From Macrostomum lignano (lineage: Eukaryota): a stretch of 64,000 nt of DNA. The notes under the pieces were generated by a model. That model saw only the letters and a program-made list of their open reading frames with translations, ran no database searches and was not told the origin of the DNA. How positions within the stretch are numbered: position 1 is the stretch's first letter; every line of letters starts with the position of its first letter. Position numbers and translations under genes: made by a program. This document shows positions 10,117 through 21,340 of this stretch, piece by piece. The stretch is taken from assembly GCA_002269645.1 (NCBI GenBank), contig NIVC01000031.1:930001-994000 (forward strand), written 5' to 3'.

Positions 10117-13100
10117 TCAAGCAAAGCCCGCCATGTACAAGTCAGGTGGCCGCCGCTCTCTCGCCGACCGCCGCGGAACCGTGACCGGCTCGGCCGGCGC
10201 CGCCGGCTGCTCCTCGGGTGCCTCGTCTGCCTGCAGCTCGGGCCAGAAGGTCACCGCGTCGCCGCCAGGATCGGCCGCCTGCCCGGGCGGCTCAGCGACG
10301 GTGCCGTCGTTGTCGAAGTCGGCGGCCGGCGGCTGGTGGTCTGCTGCGGCCGGAAGCTCCAGTGACGCCCGCCGCTGCACGAAGCACTTGAGGCGGTCGT
10401 GGTGCACCACCAGCCGGCGCCTGCGGCCGGTCTCGTCCTGGATGCGGTAATTGACCTCGCCCAGGCGCCTCAGGACTCGGTACGGCCCCTTCCACTTGGC
10501 GCTCAAACACCGCGTCTGGCCGCGCTTGACGACGGAGTTGCGCAGCATCACGAGCTGGCCCTCTTCGAACGGCACAAACCGAGAGTCCTGGTTGGCCAGC
10601 CGGTTGCGCTCGGCCTGGGCGCTCCGCAGTCGGCCGTGCACCGTGTCGAAGGCGCTCTGCAGGTTCTCCTGAGTCCGCCGCAGGAAGCCGTGATGTCCAC
10701 CGTCGGCTGCCGGCCGGTCGCCGCTTATCAGCCAGCTGTCGAGATCCAGCCTCGGTGGCCAGCCGTGGAGGACCTGGTACGGACTGAGGCCGATGGTGCT
10801 GTGCACGGAGGTGTTGTAGGCCCAGGTCACATATGGCAGCTTGCTGTCCCAATCCTGCTGGTTCTCGGCCACCGTCGTCGCCAGCATATCGCCGAGCGTC
10901 CGGTTGCCTCGCTCGACGATTCCGTTGCCGCTCGGATGAAACGGCGACGTGCGCGTCTTTTCGACGCCCAGCTTCTCGCAGAGCCGGCCGAACACCTCGC
11001 TCTCGAATTGCCGTCCCTGGTCACTGTGCAGCACCTGAGGAGCGCCGTGACGCAGAACCACCGACTTGAGCAGCGCATCCGCCACCGTAACCGCGTCGAT
11101 CGCCGCCAGGGCTGCCGTCTCCATCCACTTGGAGAAGGCGTCGCACATGCTCAGGATGTACGCCTTGCCATCAGTCGTACGCGGAAGCGGCCCTTTGATG
11201 TCGATCTGCACCAGCTGCCACGGAGCCGTCGGCTGGCACGTCGACTGTAGCGGCGCCTTCTGCGGCTTGGTTGGACTCTTCTTGGCCAGGCAGACCGCAC
11301 AGCTGGCCACCCAGTTCTCGACGTCCCGTCGCAGACCAGGCCACCAGCAGCGCTCAGACAATCTCGCTCCGGTCTTGTCGACGCCGAGGTGTCCGCTCTG
11401 GTCACACGAGTGCGCCTGCTGCAGGAAATGTGGCCGCAGGTGACCGGGAATGACTGGCCGGCCACCGACCAGCAGGACTCCCGCCGAGCTCACCGAGGCC
11501 TCGTCCAGCAGCTCGCGAACCTGCGCCGCCCATGAATCGGACAGGCTGTCAATCCCTTCGGTCAGCGCCTGGAACGCCTTGCTCAGCAGCGGATCTTGCA
11601 GTTGCTCCTCGTGCAGGCGGCTGTCGTCCCACCGAGGCTGCAGGCGCGTGCCGGCCACCCGGCTCAGCGCATCCGGCACGACGTTGTCCATGCCAGGCCG
11701 GTACAGCAGCTCGAACGAAAACTGCTGCAGCGTAGAAAGCCATCGCGCCAGCCGACCTTCGGGGTCCTTCGTTGCCAGCAGACCTTGCAGTGGCCGGTGG
11801 TCCGAGTAGACTCTGAAGCTCGGAACACTCAGCAGGTACGTCCTGAAGTGCTTCAAACTCCAGACAAGCGCCAGCAGCTCGCGGTCGGTCGCCGAGTAGT
11901 TGCGCTCGGCCTTGTTGAGGGTGCGAGAGGCGAACGCCACAGGCAGCTCGGCGTCACCGTGCAGCTGGCTGAGCACCGCGCCGACGGCGAACTGACTGCT
12001 GTCGCAGCTGAGCACAAACTGCTTGGTGAAATCTGGCAGCCTCAGCACCGGAGCTGTCGTCAGCCGGTCCTTCAACTCGCGGAACGCTCGCTCGCAGTCG
12101 CTGCTCCACGCGAAGTCCCTCGATTTCACGCTGACGTCGTGCAGGACCCTCGCCGTCTGGCTGAAGCCTGGGATGAACCGGCGGTAGAAACCCAGCATTC
12201 CAAGAAACCGCTTCACCTCCTCGTTCGTCGTTGGGCTGGGCATGCTGCGAATGGCCTCGACCTTGCCGGGATCCGGTGCGATGCCCTGCTCGCTGATCAG
12301 GTGTCCCAGGTACAGCACCCGGCGATGGCCGAACGCGCTCTTGGCCTTGTGCAGCTTGAGTCCCGCGTCTCGCAGCCGCTTAAAAACTTCCGCCAGCCTC
12401 TCTAAGTGCTCGTCGAACGTCCTGCTGAAGACAATGATGTCGTCGATATAAGTCAGCACGGACTCCCAGGACAGGCCGGACATCACCAGCTCCATGAGCC
12501 GCTGGAACGTCGCCGGGGCATTGCACATCCCGAAGCCCATCTTGCAGAATTGCATCAGGCCGCGCGTCGAATAGAAAGCCGTCTTGTACCGGTCCTCCTC
12601 CGCCACCTCCACCTGGTGGTAGCCCTGCCGGCAGTCGATGGTGGAGAACCAGGAGCATCCGACAAGCGCATCCATGGCCTGCTGCAGGTGCGGCAGCGGG
12701 TATGCATCCTTGACCGTGCAGGCGTTGAGCTGCCGCCAGTCCGTGCACAGTCTGATGTCGCCGTTCTTCTTGCGGACCACCAGCAGGTTGCTGGCCCATG
12801 GCGATGTCGACGGTTCGATGATGCCGCTTTCCAGCATCTGACCGATCTTCTTGTCCACCTGGTCTCGCACAGACAGCGGCAGCCGGCGCTGGACCTGCCG
12901 GTGTGGCCGCGCTCCCGGCTCCAGCTCGATTTGGTGCTGCAGCAACGCCGTCGTGCCCAGGTCGTACTCGTGCCTGGCGAACAGGTCCTCGTTGCTCTCC
13001 AACAGCTGTCGCAGCCTCGCAGCATCCGGTTCGGGCAGCTCCGCGTTGATGTTCCAACCGACGGGGTTCTCCTGGGCCGCCTCCTGGCGACCGTCCCCGT

Positions 13101-13833
13101 CTGTCATCGCGCCTTCGAACGTGCCGACCGCCTTGTTGGCGTACAGCAGCACGGGCTCCTCTGCAAGGTTGCACATTTTCACCGGGATGCGGCAGTCGTC
13201 CGAGACCGCCAGCACGCGGCCCGGCAGGACGGCAGTGGACTTCACGAAGTCCTCAGACGGCTCAAAGACTCCCTGCTCGCCGCTGGAATCCACCTTGAGC
13301 CACACCAGCTTCTCGCTGCGGGCGGGCAGCTCCGTAGTTGCCGCCACACGCGCCACCAGGACACTCGGCACCAGGCGACAATCTGCTCGAGCCGGCTCGC
13401 TGCTGAAAGGCACAGCTGTGCCGTCGAACCTGACGACGCCTTCTTTAATGTCAATGGTCATCGCCTGCGACACCTCGCCAATGAAGTCCATGCCGATGAT
13501 CAGGCTGGGCTGGATGCCGTCCACGACTGTGAAGCGATGGCGCACGCGGATGGTCTGGCCGATCGAAACATCCGCTGCTGACAGGCCAAGGCAGCGCAGC
13601 CGGGATCCGTCGACAGCCGTCGGCAGCGCACCGATGTCGGTGGAGTCGATCTTGCACTGCAGTCTGTCGAACAGCGACTTGTCCATCAACGAAACTTGCG
13701 CGCCGGTGTCGAGCAGAGCAGGCGCTGACACGCTGCCAAAGTGCACCTTCACGAAGACTGAAGGCGCTGATCTGAGGGCCCCTTTTGAGCGGGTCGGTGC
13801 TGGCCCCAGGCTGCCGACCCTCAGAAGTTTCCC
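10117..13833 (-). CDS. Gypsy Pol (protease, RT, RNase H, integrase with GPY/F), probably made by -1 frameshift
   Basis: LLDTGAQVS, YIDD, CDSSQFAVGAVL, H-H-C-C zinc motif, QIDIKG / SDQG / VERGNRTL, KWKGPY. Confidence 0.96.
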   Translation of the reverse strand, partial: GKLLRVGSLGPAPTRSKGALRSAPSVFVKVHFGSVSAPALLDTGAQVSLMDKSLFDRLQCKIDSTDIGALPTAVDGSRLRCLGLSAADVSIGQTIRVRHRFTVVDGIQPSLIIGMDFIGEVSQAMTIDIKEGVVRFDGTAVPFSSEPARADCRLVPSVLVARVAATTELPARSEKLVWLKVDSSGEQGVFEPSEDFVKSTAVLPGRVLAVSDDCRIPVKMCNLAEEPVLLYANKAVGTFEGAMTDGDGRQEAAQENPVGWNINAELPEPDAARLRQLLESNEDLFARHEYDLGTTALLQHQIELEPGARPHRQVQRRLPLSVRDQVDKKIGQMLESGIIEPSTSPWASNLLVVRKKNGDIRLCTDWRQLNACTVKDAYPLPHLQQAMDALVGCSWFSTIDCRQGYHQVEVAEEDRYKTAFYSTRGLMQFCKMGFGMCNAPATFQRLMELVMSGLSWESVLTYIDDIIVFSRTFDEHLERLAEVFKRLRDAGLKLHKAKSAFGHRRVLYLGHLISEQGIAPDPGKVEAIRSMPSPTTNEEVKRFLGMLGFYRRFIPGFSQTARVLHDVSVKSRDFAWSSDCERAFRELKDRLTTAPVLRLPDFTKQFVLSCDSSQFAVGAVLSQLHGDAELPVAFASRTLNKAERNYSATDRELLALVWSLKHFRTYLLSVPSFRVYSDHRPLQGLLATKDPEGRLARWLSTLQQFSFELLYRPGMDNVVPDALSRVAGTRLQPRWDDSRLHEEQLQDPLLSKAFQALTEGIDSLSDSWAAQVRELLDEASVSSAGVLLVGGRPVIPGHLRPHFLQQAHSCDQSGHLGVDKTGARLSERCWWPGLRRDVENWVASCAVCLAKKSPTKPQKAPLQSTCQPTAPWQLVQIDIKGPLPRTTDGKAYILSMCDAFSKWMETAALAAIDAVTVADALLKSVVLRHGAPQVLHSDQGRQFESEVFGRLCEKLGVEKTRTSPFHPSGNGIVERGNRTLGDMLATTVAENQQDWDSKLPYVTWAYNTSVHSTIGLSPYQVLHGWPPRLDLDSWLISGDRPAADGGHHGFLRRTQENLQSAFDTVHGRLRSAQAERNRLANQDSRFVPFEEGQLVMLRNSVVKRGQTRCLSAKWKGPYRVLRRLGEVNYRIQDETGRRRRLVVHHDRLKCFVQRRASLELPAAADHQPPAADFDNDGTVAEPPGQAADPGGDAVTFWPELQADEAPEEQPAAPAEPVTVPRRSARERRPPDLYMAGFA

Positions 13834-14615
13834 TGCGGCTGACCAGTTGGTGTCGGGCACACCGCGGCGGAGTGACCCTTGCCTGAGCACCGGCTGCAGC
13901 GGCTGCCGATCGCCTTTGGGCACCGCCTAGCAATGTGACCCGGCTCGCCGCAGCTGAAGCACTTAATGGGTCCCTTCTGACGCCTGTCTCTTCCGGGTGG
14001 TCCCGTTCGCACGCTGGCTGTCAGCTGCTGCATCTGCTGCTCCAGCTGGCTCAGCCGTCTGTCTTCTACCGACACCGCGGCTGATGAGGCTGTAGTTGCG
14101 TGGCTCACCAGCTCAAGCTGCGCAGCTCTGTCGACGATGGCGGCCAGCGAACACGAGTCCGCGTCCTGGTCCTTCAACAGCGCATCTCTCACGGCAGATG
14201 GCAGGAGGCGCATCAGACGAAACTTCACGTCCTTTTCCCGAGCCGCCACGGAGTCGTCCGGGCGGGCCCGAAGGTGGAGAAGCTTCAGGCTGTAGGCGAG
14301 CTCCCTCAGCGACTCGTTGGGCTGTCGCTTTCGCTCTTCAAACTCCTCCATTGCTCTGTAGCAGCTCAGACTGTTGCCGAAGCACTCGATCAGCTTCTCC
14401 TTCAGCCTTTCATAGCTGGCTGACACGTCTGCCGGCTGCTCCCAGACGAAGATTTGCGCTTCTCCTGTCACCAGCAGTCTCAGCTTCTTTGCCTTCTTCT
14501 TGTCGTCCCATTCGCAGTCGTCGGCGAAGTCCTCAAACGTGCTTAGCCACATTCTCACGTTGGAGTCGCCGCTGAACTTTGGAGGCAATAAACTGGCTTG
14601 CTCTGATTTGGCCAT
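13821..14615 (-). CDS. Gypsy Gag, 264 aa, with two CCHC zinc knuckles
   Basis: CFSCGEPGHIARRC and CSRCSGKGHSAAVC. Confidence 0.94.
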   Translation of the reverse strand: MAKSEQASLLPPKFSGDSNVRMWLSTFEDFADDCEWDDKKKAKKLRLLVTGEAQIFVWEQPADVSASYERLKEKLIECFGNSLSCYRAMEEFEERKRQPNESLRELAYSLKLLHLRARPDDSVAAREKDVKFRLMRLLPSAVRDALLKDQDADSCSLAAIVDRAAQLELVSHATTASSAAVSVEDRRLSQLEQQMQQLTASVRTGPPGRDRRQKGPIKCFSCGEPGHIARRCPKAIGSRCSRCSGKGHSAAVCPTPTGQPQGNF

Positions 14616-14829
14616 ACTGAGACCGCTGCCACCAGTGTAAGACCGTGGGTTGAATTGCAGAGAATCAAAACGTGAGGAGACCTCACTGGCTCACGCCAAT
14701 ATATTTATTGCCAAAGTTGGGGTGGGTGTAACCACCCTAAGCACGCACACGCCGCAGCGCTAAACCCCAACCCCCAAACCAGCCAGACGTGCACATCTAA
14801 GTGCACGCGCACCAACAAGCCAGACTACA

Positions 14830-15330
14830 AGATTGATGAGAGCATGCACAATCAAATAGATGAGATCATGTACAATCAGATAGATGAGATCATTCACAGT
14901 CAGATAGATGGGATCATGTACAATCAGATAGATGAGATCATGCACAATCAAATAGATGGGATCATGTACAATCAGATAGATAAGATCATGCACAATCAAA
15001 TAGATGAGATCATGCACAATCAGATAGATGAGATCATGTACAATCAGATAGATGAGAGCATGCACAATCAAATAGATGGGATCATGTACAATCAGATAGA
15101 TAAGATCATGCACAATCAAATAGATGAGATCATGCACAATCGGATTGATGAGATCATGTACAATCAAATAGATGAGATCATGCACAATCAGATAGATGAG
15201 ATCATGCACAATCAGATAGATGAGATCATGCACAATCAGATAGATGAGATCATGCACAATCAAATAGATGAGATCATTCACAGTCAGATAGATGGGATCA
15301 TGCACAATCAGATAGATGAGATCATGTATC
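14830..15330. repeat. 24-bp minisatellite, right part
   Basis: Same unit as 9535-9886. Confidence 0.95.
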
Positions 15331-15719
15331 AAATAGAACTTGATTGTACTTGATATTACTGAACTTGAATCTAGATCTTCTGCGCACTCTAGCCGAGCGT
15401 CTTGCTAAATGATTTTTCCTTTTTTTCGCTCTGCAGAGCTACTTCGGAAAACAAAAAGTATCGTGGTGGCTGTCTCTGGTGGCTGGCTATCTGTTCTGCG
15501 TTCTGTTCAATACTTATTCGTTGCAATAAAAGTTGCCAGACGTGCTTTAAAATTCAGAAACAAATATACTCTTTCTTGTAAATTTCTACAAAAAGATAGA
15601 TGCAAAAGAGTTATTGTTAAATGGAGCAAGTTGAGAGCAAAGAGCATGCAAGGCGAGACGAAAGTGCCAAGTGCACTGACAAACAACGATACGATTTATT
15701 ATCAGCGAGATTGTCAGCA

Positions 15720-16300
15720 GTAGTTTCTGCAGGAATTGTGGTCGAACGGCACTATCTTCGTCCACGCTTTGAGTCCATCCTTAATGATCCTCACCAGCCT
15801 TTCTGCCTGACCGTTCGATGCTAAGTGGCACGACGGTGTGTGAAACTCCTGGCACCCGATGCCACTGAGGCACTTTCTCCGACTTGAACTCCAACGCATT
15901 TTCCGACACCAGCGTCCGAAGCACTCCGTTCCAGCTGTGTCGATTCCACGAACATCGCGATCGAGACCACGCCACCAGAACTCCTTGGAGATGTGCGCCT
16001 TGGTGTTGTCGGCGCTCGAACACAGCTCATTGTGCGCCACCTCCAGAATGCGCCTGCGGAGAACAGGTGGCAGCACAATTCTGGTTCCGTGGATCACCGG
16101 ACCGTCTTCCACTGACAGCGCCTCCCCGCACGCTTTGTACTTCCTCAACTTGTACTTCCTGCAAGCTTCATCAACGCGCACATCCTGGTTCCCTCACGAA
16201 GATCCTGCAGAGTCACCAGAGCTCCTTCCGACACGACCTCTCCGACGCTCCAGCTGGTGCACGGTGTCACTCGGAGGGTCTTGGGCAGCAAAACTAACGA
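15720..16300 (-). pseudogene. Degenerate gypsy-type integrase fragment
   Basis: LSVEDGPVIHGTRIVLPPVLRRRILEVAH...FWWRGLDRDV and TPSCHLASNGQAERLVRIIK; the core between them is deleted or frameshifted. Confidence 0.75.
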
Positions 16301-16337
16301 GACAGCCAGCGTGGCTGCTGCAGCAGGAATGATCAAA

Positions 16338-16660
16338 TCAGGACACAGCGGGTCACGGCAAGTCAGGACACAGCGGGTCACGGCAAGTCAGGACACAGCG
16401 GGTCACGGCAAGTCAGGACACAGCGGGTCACGGCAAGTCAGGACACAGCGGGTCACGGCAAGTCAGGACACAGCGGGTCACGGCAAGTCAGGACACAGCG
16501 GGTCACGGCAAGTCAGGACACAGCGGGTCACGGCAAGTCAGACACAGCGGGTCACGGCAAGTCAGGACACAGCGGGTCACGGCAAGTCAAGACACAGCGG
16601 GTCACGGCAAGTCAAGACACAGCGGGTCACGGCAAGTCAGGACACAGCGGGTCACGGCAA
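16338..16660. repeat. 25-bp tandem repeat (GGACACAGCGGGTCACGGCAAGTCA)n
   Basis: Unit read directly. Confidence 0.95.
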
Positions 16661-17563
16661 GCCAAACGGTGGCTGTATACTTAACTGAGAACTCTTGAGA
16701 AAGCACTGGACTTCCTGCTCCAACAGTTGCTAATAAAAAGCCAGTCTGAGCAGATTGGGGAAATTGTGATAGGCTTTGTGCCATGGAGTTCAAAATCAGC
16801 ATTGATCAGATTAAAACTGAAATAGCACTCGAGTAAGCACAAAAATGTCTCATTAATTGAAAGTAGCAACTGGTAAAACAAACCCGGCTGTCAAATAATT
16901 AAAATTAAAATTTTAAATCGCAGCCGAATAAACAAAACTGTGATTGCTTAATTAAACCGCGGGCATCGGATAGCAGCAGGCAAATCGATAGAGAAAGCGA
17001 TAATAAATTCACAATCTGAGCAATTCGAACAAACACAGCAGTCGGATAAACAAAACATGACATTGTGTTGTGTCGCGCACTTTTTCAGTAGGAGTGCACC
17101 CGTCCTCCAGACTGTTTTTCGTTGTTTACGTACGTGACCGTGAGTCACCCCCTTCAGTACGCCGTCCTAGGTTAGACATATCGATCGATACTGTATTGCG
17201 TCATCTGTACGCCAGCCGTCATCTGTGCGTTCCGACCACCGCTTCCCGACGTGAGGGAAGGCTGCGTGGTTGCGCCCCGACGCCCTAGACTCTCGGAAAT
17301 TGTAAGCACTTGCGTCCTGACTCCTGACGCAGGCGAGCTAGGACCCGTATACTAGTAGTGTACCCTGTGCCCGCTACAGACCCCGTAGGCTAGGGACTCA
17401 GGGATGCAAAAATTAGATAAACAAAAAGGGCAATCAGATAAAAAGGGCAACTAATTATCAAATGAATTATCAAACTCAATAATATTCGTTCGTTCGATGT
17501 CAGCAGACGAAACCGCCTGCTTCAAGAGTCACTCAGCTCCCTCACAGCCCGTTGCTCTCGCAG

Positions 17564-18566
17564 TCACGATGAGGCTCTCAGGAAGCTGTGCCGCAGCAGC
17601 TCCGCGGTGTCCGCTCGCTTCCTCGGGTCATAGTCTACGCACCTGAGGTAGAAGTCCTTCAGGCCGGCTGAGAACCCGTCCGCAATCCGAGGCATCGCCC
17701 GCTTTCCGTATCTCAGGATGACGATGCGCTGCTGCGGCTCGTTGCCGTCAGGAGGCTGCATGGCCGTCAGCTCATACACGGTGCAGCCGAAGGCCCACAC
17801 GTCGGTCTTGGCTGAGTACGGAATCGAATTGCCCTCGCCCATGAGCATCTCGGGCGCCATGAAGTGCCAGGTGCCTTTTGGCTGGTTGCCTGCGCTCAGG
17901 CTGCAGGTGTTGAAGATCTCCCTGGCCAGACCGAAGTCGATCAGCTTGATGACGCCCTCGTTGGTGAGCATCACATTTTCGCTCTTGATGTCACGGTGCA
18001 AGATGGCGCCCTGCGGCTGGCAATGCAGAAAGTTCAGGCCTAAGCAGATCTGCAAGTGGAGCAGTTTTGAGCAGTCATGAGAATGCATCTATTCATTTTT
18101 TATCCCACTCATACTGACCACACACTGATAACACACTAATGTCATTCCAAAGGCAATATGCCAGAGAACCCCGAGACGCACCTGTCTGGAGAAGTCCCTG
18201 ACCTCGGATTCTTTGAACGGCTTGTTCTGACGCTGCATCAGCTCAAAGAGGCTGTGACCCAAGACCAGCTCGGTGAAGATGTACAGCCCATCTGACTTCT
18301 GCTCGCACTTGAGGAACTGCAGAATGTTGGGATGCGAGAGTCGCTTGAGGATCTCAACTCCCCGCTTCTCCATCTCGACGGCTTTCTGCAGCTTCCCCGA
18401 TTTGTCGGTGCCGCTCAGAGGCAGCATCTTGACAGCCACCGTCTGGTTGCGGTCTGTGAGGGCCTTGTACACCTCGCCGAATCCACCACGGCCGATCAGC
18501 TGCTTCTTGTCCTCCTGCAGGATGAAGTCCCAGTCGGTGAAGCTGGGGTCCAGCTGCTTCTTGGTG
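17564..18566 (-). CDS. STE/MAP3K-like Ser/Thr kinase domain; exons 18566-18182 and 18049-17564
   Basis: GRGGFGEVY, VAVK, HRDIKSEN, DFG, MAPE and DVWAFG; 132-bp GT-AG phase-0 intron. Confidence 0.93.
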
Positions 18567-18823
18567 CTGAAAACACGAAGTGAAGGAATTCGGTAAATTT
18601 TGTGAATTTTGCGAAGACAACTTGTAATAAGTTGAAGAAGCTAAAGGCTTGTAGTTGAATGCGTAGATACTTTTAAAAAACGTGAAGAGCCAGCAGATAC
18701 AACCTGGGCTTTTTATTCGACTCGTTTATTAACCCTAGGACTCAAGAAGGTGGTTTCGGCCTGACTGCCGGGCGCAGTGCACACGCACTGAAACTGAAAC
18801 ACGCACACAAAATAAAATCAATC

Positions 18824-19433
18824 AAATAAAGGTAAATATCAACATGAAGTATTATTTGAGTTGCCGATGCATTTCGTCCATTTGCATTAGGACATCGTCA
18901 GGGTCTTTTTATGGAGAAACAATTTGAACGAATATTCAGTATATATAGATAGTTGAGAGTAACAAGAGTAGTTGAATTGAGTTTTTAATTGATGGTTTAA
19001 AACTTGTACATAGTAATCAATTTTGATACAGTATTGGTTGGGTAAAGTGCATATCAGTTTCAAGCCAGTCCGGTCATTGACAAATCAGCTAAAAAATTCT
19101 GAGTTGACGGCTAGCCCCACCCATCGCAAGTTGGTTATTTAACAACTAGTCAACTCAGAATTTTTTAGCTGATTTGTCAATGACCGGACTGGCTTGAAAC
19201 TGATATGCACTTTACCCAACCAATACTGTATCAAAATTGATTACTATGTACAAGTTTTAAACCATCAATTAAAAACTCAATTCAACTACTCTTGTTACTC
19301 TCAACTATCTATATATACTGAATATTCGTTCAAATTGTTTCTCAATAAAAAGACCCTGACGATGTCCTAATGCAAATGGACGAAATGCATCGGCAACTCA
19401 AATAATACTTCATGTTGATATTTACCTTTATTT
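18824..19433. mobile_element. Foldback/MITE-like element with about 285-bp near-perfect inverted arms and a 40-bp spacer
   Basis: 18824-19108 is the reverse complement of 19149-19433; one mismatch seen. Confidence 0.88.
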
Positions 19434-20408
19434 ATCTACTCTTCATCAAGCGAGCCACTTTACCTAAAATCAATCAACCAGCGAACTCGCGACTCATAGC
19501 AAACAAACAACTGACATTCAATAACACTAGAATACACTATCATTAAAACTAAAACACCACAATGTCACAACACTCACCCTTTAGCGTCACCACATTTCTG
19601 CGTCAACAACCGCCTCCTCATATGTAAGCGCGGACTCACCGAGTGTCTTCATGCGGTCGTCCCTCGGACGCTGAAGTAGGTCCAGGCCTGACGCGGTGCC
19701 GAGCTCGAACCCCGTGAGCGCCCTGCTCAGAAGCGGCCGATGAGGCTGGGTGGGAAGCTGCAGCGCTGTGGGAGCGAATGAGGGAGGCAGCTGCTGACTG
19801 CCACAACATACCAAAGCAAAAGTGAAATAAATATTTCCAATCCGAAACCTCTCTTCCCAAATAAAACACCTGCAGCTATGACAGCTTCAGCTTGCTTGCA
19901 GCTTCAGTTCTCGCGCAACAGAATGACAGGCCAGCTAAACTTCAAAATGCTTCACTGATTTTTGAACTCCGAGTAATTTTTCTGACTGCTTTTTGGAGCT
20001 CAGAACTGAGAGAATGCGAGTCCCAGGTTATTGATTCATAAATGCGCCAACATAATAATTCCTTGTGTTAAAGAAACTCCTGCAGATATAGCTGTGGGTG
20101 GTGGCACCATGTGGAATTCGCGATTACAATGCAGAGATTGGGAGCGCCATGAGGAGCTGCCCTGACAAAATACACCTGTTAAATGTACACCGCAACCCCC
20201 AAAACATACGCAAAACAACCCAGCATCAACTCCCCAGACACCCGCGACACCCGCCACACGCTACCACAGCCTGACAAATTCGTGACGCCCTGGCTTGACT
20301 GCGGCGCTGCTGAGAATTTAAGGGGCCGATCATCAAAGCGCAATGAATTTTCGCCAAAAATATTTTCAGTATTTCAGTGTCAGGCAGCAGTTCTCAGTCA
20401 GGACTCAC

Positions 20409-21340
20409 CCAGCTGAGGCGGCAGTCGGCGTTGAGCTGCCAGCGGGAGGCCGAGAGGCTTTGAGCCGCCACAGCGAGGAGGAAATCCAGGCTCGCTTTGC
20501 TGACTTGTCTGTGACCCACCGCCAACTCTCAACAGCATCAGTCATCGCTTCTCCCTGGTTGTTCTTCAAGCTGAACATTTCGGCTCCGATTCGCTCAAAA
20601 ATGAACTGAAGCGAGTCGACTGGTTGATGCTCAGCGGCCCAATGGACGGCCGTGTCACCGTATTTGTCAGGAACTGTGAGACAGTCGCTGCCGAGCTCCT
20701 TCACCAGCCACTTCAGATTTGAATTGTCAGACTTCCAAGCAGCAATGTGAAATGCTGTTCTATCACTATCTACCTTCAGCCGAAAGCAGTCAGTTCCGAT
20801 CTGTCTCTTGATCCACTCCAGCGACTCGATGCTTTGATACAGAGCGGCCAAATGGACGGCCGTGTCACCGTCTCTGTCAGAAACTGTGAGACAGTCGCTG
20901 CCGAGCTTCTTCACCAGCCACTTTAGACAAGAGTTGCTTTTTCTGTTCATAGCTGCAAAATGCACGACTGTCTGTCTCCAACGATCTACAATTCTCAAGC
21001 AGCGTTTGCCTCCCTTCTCTTTAACAAGCTTCATCCAAGATTCGTCCTGATGCTGGGCTGCCAAGTGCACTGGAGTCTGACCTCGGTCATTTCTATGTGT
21101 CAGACAGCCGGGTCCGAATCTGTCAATCAGCAGCTCCAGGCACGACGAACTCACCGGCTTGCAGGCCACGTGATGAGCAAGCGGCATTTTGCGAAGCTCT
21201 TCAAAGGGATAGTCTTGCGTGTCAAACCCGCCCACCTCCAGCTCGATGTTGCTGTCGATCTCACCGCACAGTCGCTGCAGCTCCTCGCTGTCTCCAGCCT
21301 CCAGCGCCGCTCTCAGCTTCCGCTCCATCTCTGTTGCCAT
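20409..21340 (-). CDS. Ankyrin-repeat exon (about 6 repeats), possibly the 5' part of the kinase gene
   Basis: GQTPVHLAA, QTVVHFAA, GDTAVHLAA, RTAFHIAA and GDTAVHWAA; ends at the donor GG|GTGAGT. Confidence 0.88.

Larger units (their letters stand above)
9887..14829 (-). mobile_element. Intact Ty3/gypsy LTR retrotransposon with 194-bp LTRs (9887-10080 and 14636-14829)
   Basis: LTRs look identical by eye except one terminal base. PBS TGGTGGCAGCGGT next to the 5' LTR; PPT GGGGAAAGTAG next to the 3' LTR; gag and pol open. Confidence 0.97.

Noticed and set aside
10292-13930. Many alternative-frame and antisense ORFs within gypsy pol
   Set aside because: Shadow ORFs of a high-GC pol; no env or extra domain recognised.
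9495-15353. MHNQIDEI and LIYLIVHD repeat ORFs; spacer-repeat look
   Set aside because: Plain 24-bp minisatellite with no unique spacers; not CRISPR and not a protein.
17065-17380. Possible solo LTR or Helitron end (TG...CA, small hairpin before CTAG)
   Set aside because: No target duplication, no second copy, and CTAG is not followed by T.
19575-19800. Candidate linker exon(s) between the ankyrin and kinase exons
   Set aside because: Consensus splice signals exist but the phase combinations I tried give stops or mismatch; unresolved.
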